A stretch of DNA of 40,000 nucleotides from contig NZ_QFRU01000009.1 of assembly GCF_003184905.1 (NCBI RefSeq), positions 32,150 through 72,149 on the forward strand. Reading direction: 5' to 3'. The first letter of the stretch is position 1. Every line of letters starts with the position of its first letter. Of this stretch, positions 7,504-15,197 are shown piece by piece. Both the position numbers and the translations under genes were made by a program. The notes beneath the pieces are model-generated. The model made no database searches, was not told where the DNA came from, and saw nothing but the letters and a program-made list of their open reading frames with translations. Source of the DNA: Bacillus sp. CGMCC 1.16541. GTDB taxonomy: Bacteria > Bacillota > Bacilli > Bacillales > Bacillaceae_H.

Positions 7504-7967
7504 AATTATCACAAAAGCCGACATCGACAGCAAACGGTGAACTTCACCAAAAATTTACAAGAAGTCGAACGGCAAAGATTCATTGTTCCTTGACAATGTT
7601 CGCACGTCGAATAAGGGCGTTTTATCTCGAACCGACCGAGAGCGACACGGATCGCGTGGCATGGCTGATGCTGCAAGATGCCGTCATATTGGGCCGAAAA
7701 ATGTAAGGACTACTCGCGGGAGCTCTACTTCCTTCTCCTTCTCGGTAAAATGGCTTTTTTCTACAGCTGAAACAAATGAAGTAGCTGCATTATTTGAGAT
7801 AAGGGAGTATCTATCGGATGCCACCGATGCGAGGCTTGCCACGATCCGCATATGCTATATGCGAGGAGCGAGTATGGGAGACGAACACCTGAAGTCCTGG
7901 GAGAACTTGTTTAAATAATGTTTTTAAATAGATGCCTCCTCCCTCTTTTTTTGGGAGGAGATTTTAC
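7504..7967 (+). ncRNA. candidate large structured non-coding RNA between the two minihelices
   Basis: No ORF with an RBS. The only tracked ORF (7583..7918) starts at TTG without an RBS and has an odd R/S/T-rich composition. G+C is locally elevated: hand counts give 57% for 7621-7680 and 50% for 7681-7740. Several hairpins are present, plus an 11-bp long-range complementarity. Confidence 0.35.
7936..7960 (+). other. hairpin ctcctccc / gggaggag (9-nt U-rich loop) followed by attttac
   Basis: Read directly from the sequence; 8 perfect base pairs. Could be a terminator-like element or the 5' element of module 2. Confidence 0.5.
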
Positions 7968-8011
7968 ACGGATTAAGGTTTATGGCGGTTCGATTCCGTC
8001 AATCTGTGCCA
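7968..8011 (+). ncRNA. tRNA-like minihelix 2: acceptor stem + T arm + encoded CCA, with G3:U70
   Basis: Layout: acggatt | aaggtttat | ggcgg ttcgatt ccgtc | aatctgt | g | cca. The acceptor stem is 7 bp, including a G:T wobble at the third pair. Confidence 0.6.
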
Positions 8012-8040
8012 AATACAATCATAAGGAGGTGGGTTGTGTT

Positions 8041-9690
8041 ATGAGAGAATCTTCTCTTCTATCCGAGCTGGTCGGCAGTAAGAATGAGCAAGTCGTAGAA
8101 GAATGGGAGTACGCTTTATGGGACAAATACGCAATTGATCATCCTGACTTAATCGAACTTAAAAGCAAACGCCCTTTTACTGGATCGACTGGATTAAGAA
8201 AACTTCTTGGCGAAAGAAGCATGGAATATTTTGCAAGAGCGTATTTCCCAGAGTACATCCCTACCGCCCCACCTTCCTTTCACCAGGAATGGTTTATTGA
8301 CCTGAAGAAAGTCGTCGAGAAAAATGGCGGTAGCTCAATGGTAAGAGCTGCTCCACGTGGACATGCAAAGACAACTATCTGGGACTTTGTATTTCCTCTC
8401 TGGGTGACGGTGTACAAGAAAAAGTTTTATATCCTCATTATTTCGGATGCTTATGACCAAGCCCAAGGCTTTATTAGTAACATAAAAGACGAGATTGAGG
8501 ACAACGAAAGAGTTGTTTCAGATTTCGGGAAATTAAAAGGAGACCGTTGGCAAGAGGGTAGTATTGTTTGCTCTAATGGTGTAAAAATCGAAGCCCTCGG
8601 TGCAGGAATGAAAGTCCGTGGCCGTAAAAATAAGAGCCGCCGACCTGACCTTATCATCCTCGATGACGTTGAGAATGATGAAAATGCAGCAACAACAGAA
8701 CAACGAAAAAAAATAAAAAACTGGTATAAAAAAGCCGTTAGGCACGCTGGTGCAAGATACACCGATTTCGTTTTCGTTGGAACGGTTATCCATGAAGACT
8801 CCCTTCTAGGCGAACTGCTAAAGAGTCCTGGTTACGATAGTAAAAGATATCAGGCTGTTGTTTCGTTTGCTGAAAGAGAGGACTTGTGGGCTGAATGGAA
8901 AGATATTTTCACCGATATGGACAACCAGAACAGAGAGACAGATGCCCGCGCTTTTTTTGAAAAGAATTCAAAAGAAATGCTTAAAGGAGCAAAGGTTCTG
9001 TGGGAAGAAAACAACCCTAAGTTTCCAGATGGATATTATAGCTTGATGGTAACTCGTGTAACAGATGGCGAATCGGCGTTTGCATCAGAGTTGCAAAATG
9101 ACCCAAGAAGCTCCGAAGAACAATTCTTTAAACCTAAGTATTATCAATACGGCGAACTACCTCCACTCTCTCAGTTAGAACTTGTAATGTCTGTCGATCC
9201 ATCGATGGGACAATCGGACAAATCCGACTTCTCGGCTATTATCGCCCTGGCTACTCATCGCAGGACGGGTCAAATGTATGTGCTTGAAGCAGACATTAAA
9301 CGCCGTAAACCTGACTTGATTATTGAGGCGATGTTCGACATTGCTATTAAATTTATGCGGCAAGGGCTAAAACCGAAAGTGATCGGAATAGAAGATGTTC
9401 AATTCCAAGCTTTCTTTAAACAAGAGGTTGAAAAACGAGCGAGAGCAAGAAGATTGCATTTGAATATCCGACCGATTCGCAACACTGTTTCGAAGGATAT
9501 GCGTATCGAATCGATGGAGCCTAGTGTAAACAACGGTTACATACTCCTCCACCCTTCTCAAACGCTGCTTATCGAGCAATTAGAAGGATATCCGAGAGCG
9601 AAGAAAGACGGACCAGATGCTTTGGAAATGACAACACGCCTAGCGACTGGTGCTGGCATGGGTGTTGGCTCTTTCGATAGAGTCTTTTAA
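8041..9690 (+). CDS. terL: terminase large subunit
   Basis: ATG after ataaggaggtg. Walker-A-like APRGHAKTT, Walker-B LIILDD, and a C-terminal nuclease-like region. Confidence 0.85.
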   Translation: MRESSLLSELVGSKNEQVVEEWEYALWDKYAIDHPDLIELKSKRPFTGSTGLRKLLGERSMEYFARAYFPEYIPTAPPSFHQEWFIDLKKVVEKNGGSSMVRAAPRGHAKTTIWDFVFPLWVTVYKKKFYILIISDAYDQAQGFISNIKDEIEDNERVVSDFGKLKGDRWQEGSIVCSNGVKIEALGAGMKVRGRKNKSRRPDLIILDDVENDENAATTEQRKKIKNWYKKAVRHAGARYTDFVFVGTVIHEDSLLGELLKSPGYDSKRYQAVVSFAEREDLWAEWKDIFTDMDNQNRETDARAFFEKNSKEMLKGAKVLWEENNPKFPDGYYSLMVTRVTDGESAFASELQNDPRSSEEQFFKPKYYQYGELPPLSQLELVMSVDPSMGQSDKSDFSAIIALATHRRTGQMYVLEADIKRRKPDLIIEAMFDIAIKFMRQGLKPKVIGIEDVQFQAFFKQEVEKRARARRLHLNIRPIRNTVSKDMRIESMEPSVNNGYILLHPSQTLLIEQLEGYPRAKKDGPDALEMTTRLATGAGMGVGSFDRVF

Positions 9691-9704
9691 AGGAGGTTTA
9701 ACCG

Positions 9705-11219
9705 GTGTTCAAATGGCTTAAAAACGTGATTGCAAGTTTCAAAGGAGGAGATGTGATGGACGAGCGTACAAAACGCTTGCAAAAAGACGATTGGAAGTTG
9801 TTAAGAAAAATCATTTCCGATCACCAAAAAAAGCTCAAAGAAATCGAAGCAGCTCAGTCCATCTTTGACGGAGAATACGAACTTTTGAAACGTCAACCGA
9901 AACGACCAGATGACCCAAATCATAAAATCATCATCAATTTTTCTAAGTTAATCATTCGTATGAAAGCTAATTATATGTTCGGTAAGCCTGTCACTTATGA
10001 CATTCCTCAAATTGAAGGCATCGACCAGCAATTAATAAAGGAATTTAATGAGGAATTCACAATGGTACTTGAGGACAATGACGATCATGCGGTAGATTAT
10101 TTGAATACAAAAAGAGGGCTGATTGCAGGAGCTGCGGTGGTCCTCTTTTATTTTGATGATTTAGGCGACATCAAATATCGCTCCTATACAGTTAATGAGT
10201 GCATCCCTATTGTCGATGCAAGGGGCGAATTGAGGCAGGTCATTCATGTATTTACAGATGAAGAAGACAAGAGTTGCATTGAAATTTATGATAGCCAAGC
10301 CGTCACTTATCTGGTTAAAGACGGCGACAAAATATTGTTCGATTCTCGCAAAGATGTGAATCCAGCAGAACATTATTTACCGATTGTTCCTGCTGCTATC
10401 TATGTGAATGGGGAATATGCAAAACCAAAATACGACCCGATTCCTGTTGGACCTTCTGAATTAGATCGTGACATCAGAACGATTTTAGAAAATTACAGCC
10501 AACTGATTAGCGATAATTCCAATCGACTTGAAATATTCTGCGACCCTTACCTTTTGTTCTTGGGAGCAAAGCCAAACAAAGATGAAGTTCTTGGTATGAG
10601 AAAAGCCAGGGCGATCTATTCAGAAAACCCTGATTCAAAAGTAAGTTATCTAACATGGGAGCAGAGCAATGATTCGATTGAATTTCAAGCGACAACTTTG
10701 CTTGATAGGTTATTCGAAATAACGGATACACCAAAAATCTACAAACAAGAAGCAATCAGCAATTTGTCATCTGTGGCAATTCGACAACTTTATACTCCTC
10801 TTGATAACAACGTCAATGAAAAAGAAATCTATGTTAATCAGTACGAGCGCCGCAAAATCATGGTCCTGACATTTATGCTTAACGCTAAAAGATTGCTTTC
10901 TCAAGGGAAAAATCCGATTGAACATTATCAAACTGAAACAAATCTTTTTAATTGGAGATGGGTTTACTGGGAGAATCATCGAAGCTTACCTCAAAACGAA
11001 AAAGACCTTGTGGACTTGTTAATGAGCTCAAAAGGAACGTTGAGCGACTTCACAATCCTAAAACATCATCCGCTTGTTGAAAACGTACATGAGGAAGTGA
11101 AGTTAATTCGACAAGAAGCGATCAATGCTCCAAAAGTCGATTTAACCAATATCGACGATTATCTACAAAATCAAGATGACAAAATTCAAAGTAGGTCTTT
11201 TGAAGATGACGTCGAATAG
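9705..11219 (+). CDS. portal protein (SPP1 gp6-like)
   Basis: 504 aa, immediately after terL, GTG after aaaggagg. Size and position fit a portal. Confidence 0.8.
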   Translation: MFKWLKNVIASFKGGDVMDERTKRLQKDDWKLLRKIISDHQKKLKEIEAAQSIFDGEYELLKRQPKRPDDPNHKIIINFSKLIIRMKANYMFGKPVTYDIPQIEGIDQQLIKEFNEEFTMVLEDNDDHAVDYLNTKRGLIAGAAVVLFYFDDLGDIKYRSYTVNECIPIVDARGELRQVIHVFTDEEDKSCIEIYDSQAVTYLVKDGDKILFDSRKDVNPAEHYLPIVPAAIYVNGEYAKPKYDPIPVGPSELDRDIRTILENYSQLISDNSNRLEIFCDPYLLFLGAKPNKDEVLGMRKARAIYSENPDSKVSYLTWEQSNDSIEFQATTLLDRLFEITDTPKIYKQEAISNLSSVAIRQLYTPLDNNVNEKEIYVNQYERRKIMVLTFMLNAKRLLSQGKNPIEHYQTETNLFNWRWVYWENHRSLPQNEKDLVDLLMSSKGTLSDFTILKHHPLVENVHEEVKLIRQEAINAPKVDLTNIDDYLQNQDDKIQSRSFEDDVE

Positions 11220-11221
11220 AG

Positions 11222-12283
11222 GTGATTGAATTGGAATGGACAGAGCTCCAGAAGCTAGTCATCGAACAAAGAAAAAAGTTGTTTAAGTATAAGGATAAGC
11301 AAGTTCGTCCTCTTCTTGTTGCTTACGCTGACCTTTTGAAAAAAATGCAACTAGAAATCACTCAATACTATTTAGAAGTGAATGTCGATGATCGTTGGAA
11401 TTGGCAAACTGCACAAACGAAAAAACAAAAGCTTGAATCAATCTTTTATCAGATTGAAATGGACCTTCAGGATTTATCGAAAACAGCTCATGCAGCACTT
11501 GAGGTTGCGATGACAAGCACCATTACTGTTGAATATGCTTTTGCATCCTTTGTAACTGCAAAAGCTATTGATGGTTATATCCTACTCCCTCCTGTTATTC
11601 CGAGGGCTGCTATTCGTGAAGTTCTGGAGCATCCGTGGAGTGGAGATCATTTTTCAAATCGCTTGTGGGGTAATACGGCCAATTTCAAGACGACACTTCG
11701 ACGGACCATTATATCAAGCATGGTTAATGGCGAGAGTGTCCAGAAGACAACCAAAAAATTGAAGGATGCATTTGAAACTGAAGCATATAAAGCTGAACGG
11801 TTAGTGCGAAGTGAAATCATTGCAGCTGGGAACCGCGCAAATAAAAAATACTATAACTCCTATCATGAGAGATTTAAAGATTTAGATTTACTAGAAGGCG
11901 TCAGAATCTCTGAAACTCTTGATAGGAGGACGTGCGGAACTTGTCGTTCTTTGGATGGGAAAATTGTGTCAGTTGATGAGATGGACTCTATCAAGGACAT
12001 TGAGCATCCGAATTGCCGCCGTTGCCTTCTTCCAGTAGTAAAAGGTTTTTCTCGAAATATACAACGAGCTGCACGAACCAATGAAGGGGAATACGTTCGA
12101 ACTAATGCTAAGAATTTCGATGAGTACGCAAAAGAGTTCGGCATCCCTTCTGCATATGAGGTGAAAAAAGAGCAATCGCGTGAACGATACGAAAAAATTA
12201 AAAAAGAACGCGAACAAATAAAACGTCGAGAAGAAAAAGAGAAAGACAAAAAGAAATCTACTAAAGGGGGTGATGATAATTGA
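11222..12283 (+). CDS. minor head protein, MuF / SPP1 gp7 family
   Basis: Contains WSGDHFSNRLW...AERLVRSEIIAAGN...LDRRTCGTCRSLDGKIV...EHPNCRRC. The C-terminus is Lys/Glu-rich. Confidence 0.8.
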   Translation: MIELEWTELQKLVIEQRKKLFKYKDKQVRPLLVAYADLLKKMQLEITQYYLEVNVDDRWNWQTAQTKKQKLESIFYQIEMDLQDLSKTAHAALEVAMTSTITVEYAFASFVTAKAIDGYILLPPVIPRAAIREVLEHPWSGDHFSNRLWGNTANFKTTLRRTIISSMVNGESVQKTTKKLKDAFETEAYKAERLVRSEIIAAGNRANKKYYNSYHERFKDLDLLEGVRISETLDRRTCGTCRSLDGKIVSVDEMDSIKDIEHPNCRRCLLPVVKGFSRNIQRAARTNEGEYVRTNAKNFDEYAKEFGIPSAYEVKKEQSRERYEKIKKEREQIKRREEKEKDKKKSTKGGDDN

Positions 12284-12593
12284 AGCGATTATTGCTTTAC
12301 CACACAAAATAAAAATAGCTGGCGTGGACTATACAGTCGGGCTAAAAGAGCTCATCGATCTAGACGGTTCCACTCTTGGTCAAGTTATTTACCAAAAGTC
12401 GGATATCACAATCAAGCAGTCTATGAGCGATGACAAGAAAGCTCAGACGTTAATACACGAAATGCTGCATGCAATTCTATATGAATCTGGATATAAAGAA
12501 CACTCTGAAGAAATGGTGGATCGTCTATCTATCACTCTTCATCAAGTGCTCCGAGATAACGATTTTTCATGGTTGCATGGCAAAAGAAAATAA
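12270..12593 (+). CDS. small putative zinc metallopeptidase-like protein (HEMLH)
   Basis: 107 aa with an HExxH motif (LIHEMLHAILYE). Confidence 0.5.
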   Translation: MMIIEAIIALPHKIKIAGVDYTVGLKELIDLDGSTLGQVIYQKSDITIKQSMSDDKKAQTLIHEMLHAILYESGYKEHSEEMVDRLSITLHQVLRDNDFSWLHGKRK

Positions 12594-12660
12594 ATACCTC
12601 TCAGGCTTTCAAAAATCGCCTGTTTAGTATTTTAAGACAAATACTTCGAGGTTTAATATT

Positions 12661-12726
12661 TAAACATTTTTAAACGGCTTCTAAACGCTTTTAAACGCTA
12701 TATGAAGAGTTTAGAAGACTATAAAA
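12661..12726 (+). promoter_or_regulatory. four helically phased TAAAC(G) repeats upstream of a TATAAA -10-like box
   Basis: TAAAC starts at 12661, 12671, 12682 and 12692 (spacing 10/11/10). tataaa at 12720-12725, just upstream of the scaffold/capsid genes. Confidence 0.4.
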
Positions 12727-12752
12727 TACTCAAACTAGGAGGAAGAAAGAAA

Positions 12753-13487
12753 ATGACAAGTTTAACAGTTTCGTATTTTTCTATTTTGGTGGCAATGGTA
12801 ATTTTCCTATTACACTTTCAAAAACAAAAACAAGCATTCTCTTCAGATGGCTTTAGCTTAAATAATTCGATGTCAAGGTTATTGCCGCTTGATTTACAAT
12901 TCTTCGCTGGTGATGGCGGTGGTGCTGGAGGAGATGGCGGTGACGGCGGTGACGGTGGACAAGGTGACGTTGGAAATCCAGATGGTGGTGGCGCTCAAGC
13001 TCCAAAAACATTCACTGAAGAAGATATCGAATCAGCTAGAACGACTGCATCGAATAAAGCCAAAGAAGATTTATATAAGCAGTTAGGTGTAAAGAATCTC
13101 AATGAGCTTCAGGCTAAATTAAAGGCTTCTGAATCGAAAGAGCAGGCAGACGAGACTTTAAAAGCGCAGATTGAAGAAAAAGACAATGAGATAAACGTCC
13201 TTAAAACTAGCTTAAAATTCTCTCGTGCAGTCGCTAAATACTATCCTCAAGACGAAGAGTTAGTGTTAACAGCTATTACTCCACTCCTCCAGAAGGACCC
13301 TGATACTGGCGAAGTGACGAATATGGAAGAAGCAATTAAAAAGGTTAAGGTAGAAAAACCATTCCTTTTCAAAGCGGATACTAAGCCAGGCTCAACTGAA
13401 CCAGGCGGCGGCGATCCTCCTGCTTCGAAGAAAGGGAAAGACTTGGGAGCTAGTATCGCTGAACGCCGCAATAAGCGCTTTAGTTAA
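12753..13487 (+). CDS. scaffolding protein (possibly starting at 12870)
   Basis: Strong RBS aggagga before 12753. Contains LDLQFFA, a Gly/Asp-rich tract and then a long coiled-coil. Lies immediately upstream of the decoration and capsid genes. Confidence 0.7.
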   Translation: MTSLTVSYFSILVAMVIFLLHFQKQKQAFSSDGFSLNNSMSRLLPLDLQFFAGDGGGAGGDGGDGGDGGQGDVGNPDGGGAQAPKTFTEEDIESARTTASNKAKEDLYKQLGVKNLNELQAKLKASESKEQADETLKAQIEEKDNEINVLKTSLKFSRAVAKYYPQDEELVLTAITPLLQKDPDTGEVTNMEEAIKKVKVEKPFLFKADTKPGSTEPGGGDPPASKKGKDLGASIAERRNKRFS

Positions 13488-13541
13488 TTGCCGTTAAAAC
13501 GGTCTGTAAATTCAATTTAAATGATATGGAGGTAGATTCAG

Positions 13542-13883
13542 ATGAATCTAAACAGACGAATTACTGAATACGATGCAGGGAAAGAAATTCTTGCAAGCCC
13601 TTCGAATGCCGCCTATCGTGCGGTTACGTTGAATGCATCGAAATTTACTCCAGGCATTGTGCAAGCTGGTCAAACTTTGACCATTAACACAACGACTGGC
13701 AAGGCAGAACCGTGGGTTGATGGTTCTACTGGAGAGGCTGTTTTACTTGGTCGGACGGTCCGAGTAAATGTCGGGGAAGATGTTGTTGAAACAGCGCTTG
13801 AAGCTGGTATTGTTTTCGAAGCAAAATGTGTTGGTGTCACAGCTGAATTCAAAGAGAAATGCAAATTCATTAAATTCCGTTAA
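13542..13883 (+). CDS. putative head decoration protein
   Basis: 113 aa between scaffold and major capsid; RBS tggagg. Confidence 0.5.
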   Translation: MNLNRRITEYDAGKEILASPSNAAYRAVTLNASKFTPGIVQAGQTLTINTTTGKAEPWVDGSTGEAVLLGRTVRVNVGEDVVETALEAGIVFEAKCVGVTAEFKEKCKFIKFR

Positions 13884-13910
13884 TTTTAATTTGAAAGGAG
13901 CATTAAGAAT

Positions 13911-14993
13911 ATGCTGACAAATAAACCGTATACGCCTTTACTGGCGCTTGATTTACAATTTTTCGCTGGTGGGTCCAATCAAATTTTAGCTCTTGAAGAG
14001 TTTTCAAGGGAATCTCTTATCGGATATGTTGAGGCGCTTAACTTACCTTTCAATCCGAAACTTACAAAATTCTTACCAAAAGGTGAATCGAAAGTCTGGA
14101 CACTCGATTTCGCATACGACATTATCCAACGCAGTAAAGGTGCTGCTGCATCGATTATTCCTTTCGGAATGCCAGCTCCTCTTCGTGATGGTCGTGGCGT
14201 TGAGCGTGTTATGCAAGAAGTGGCTAAAATTGCTCACTCTCGCAAAATTGACGAGCGTGAACAATTGAAATTCATGAACCCTCGTAATGAGCAAGAACGC
14301 CAACAAGTAATTGATAAAGTATTTAATATGGTTGACGACTTAACTCTAGGTGTTTACAAAGCTGAAGAATGGTTGCGAGCAGCTGCTCTATATTACGGAG
14401 CGTTTGTTCATGAGGATAAAGCGAACGGTGTTATCCTGAACATTGATTTCGGTATTGCAGCAGATCGCAAAGTTGTGATTGCTGGCACTGATGCGTTTGA
14501 TCAACATGAAACAGCAAAACCGCTTGAAGCTTTAATTGAATATGCTATCACATTTAAGAATAAGAGCGGTGGCCGTATGCCAGCGGAGATTCATATGAGT
14601 TCAAGCGTGATGTTTGATATCTTGAAGGCTGAAAATACCGTCCGTTCCATCAAAGGGGCAAACGGTGGTTCAGTAACACCGCAAGAATTAACTGATTACT
14701 TAATGAAGTTCAGTCTACCTCCTATCGTTACAAATGACGATGTTGTTTACTTCGAGGAAATAGGAGTGACAAAACGCTTCTTACCAGAACGCCGAATTGC
14801 ATTCCTTGGCTTCCAAGATGCAGCGAAACTCGGAGACACAGTTGAAGGCCCCACAGTTAAAAACGAAGGACAACCTGGTCTATATGTACACACTCGAATC
14901 GATGATGAAACAGATGCGCAATTCATCGAGGTTGGCGAAGCTGCGTTCCCTGCTCTTGAGCAACCAGATGGCGTATTCCATTTAGATGTTTAA
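13911..14993 (+). CDS. major capsid protein
   Basis: 360 aa, RBS aaaggag, N-terminal LDLQFFA motif. Position matches a lambda gpE-like capsid paired with a decoration protein. Confidence 0.8.
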   Translation: MLTNKPYTPLLALDLQFFAGGSNQILALEEFSRESLIGYVEALNLPFNPKLTKFLPKGESKVWTLDFAYDIIQRSKGAAASIIPFGMPAPLRDGRGVERVMQEVAKIAHSRKIDEREQLKFMNPRNEQERQQVIDKVFNMVDDLTLGVYKAEEWLRAAALYYGAFVHEDKANGVILNIDFGIAADRKVVIAGTDAFDQHETAKPLEALIEYAITFKNKSGGRMPAEIHMSSSVMFDILKAENTVRSIKGANGGSVTPQELTDYLMKFSLPPIVTNDDVVYFEEIGVTKRFLPERRIAFLGFQDAAKLGDTVEGPTVKNEGQPGLYVHTRIDDETDAQFIEVGEAAFPALEQPDGVFHLDV

Positions 14994-15023
14994 TTCAGAT
15001 TCGTTAGAAAGGAGCGATGAGTA

Positions 15024-15197
15024 ATGAAGGTAAAAATGTCCGTCAATCTAAAGTATAACGGGAAGAATTATCCTCCAGGGACTGAGGTTGATGTCGTTAA
15101 AGAAGTGGCTGAAAAACTGATTGAAAACAAGCAGGCTGCCGCTATTGAAAAAGAGAAGCCTCAAAGTGGCAGCGGCGCTTCTGGAGATGACAAATGA
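15024..15197 (+). CDS. small hypothetical head-region protein (57 aa)
   Basis: ATG after gaaaggag. ATGA overlap with the next gene. Translated by hand. Confidence 0.45.
   Translation: MKVKMSVNLKYNGKNYPPGTEVDVVKEVAEKLIENKQAAAIEKEKPQSGSGASGDDK

Noticed and set aside
7583-7918. 111-aa ORF in the terminase intergenic locus as a protein-coding gene
   Set aside because: It has a TTG start without an RBS. Its R/S/T/A-rich composition is unlike neighbouring phage proteins. It also lies in a GC-enriched, hairpin-rich region flanked by tRNA-like elements, so it is more likely non-coding.
7428-8011. Interpretation as a (one-piece or permuted two-piece) tmRNA
   Set aside because: Each CCA-ended acceptor strand pairs with a partner only 9 nt upstream of its own T arm. 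The termini of a long RNA do not close the structure. I also could not find a tag-like reading frame ending in Ala-Ala-stop. This still needs a formal ARAGORN/Infernal check.
7460-8011. tRNA 3'-half fragments left by site-specific integration (att remnants)
   Set aside because: The two segments are not repeats of each other. Each has its own matching 5' acceptor strand. They also sit in the middle of the phage between the terminase genes rather than at an element boundary.
11863-12307. Minus-strand ORFs opposite the MuF C-terminus
   Set aside because: They are an artefact of the Lys/Glu-rich (AAA/GAA) coding stretch on the + strand.
12900-12985. GGT/GAT-rich tandem-like repeat (GDGGGAGGDGGDGGDGGQGD) as a CRISPR or satellite repeat
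   Set aside because: It is an in-frame low-complexity Gly/Asp linker within the scaffold gene, with no spacer/repeat organisation.
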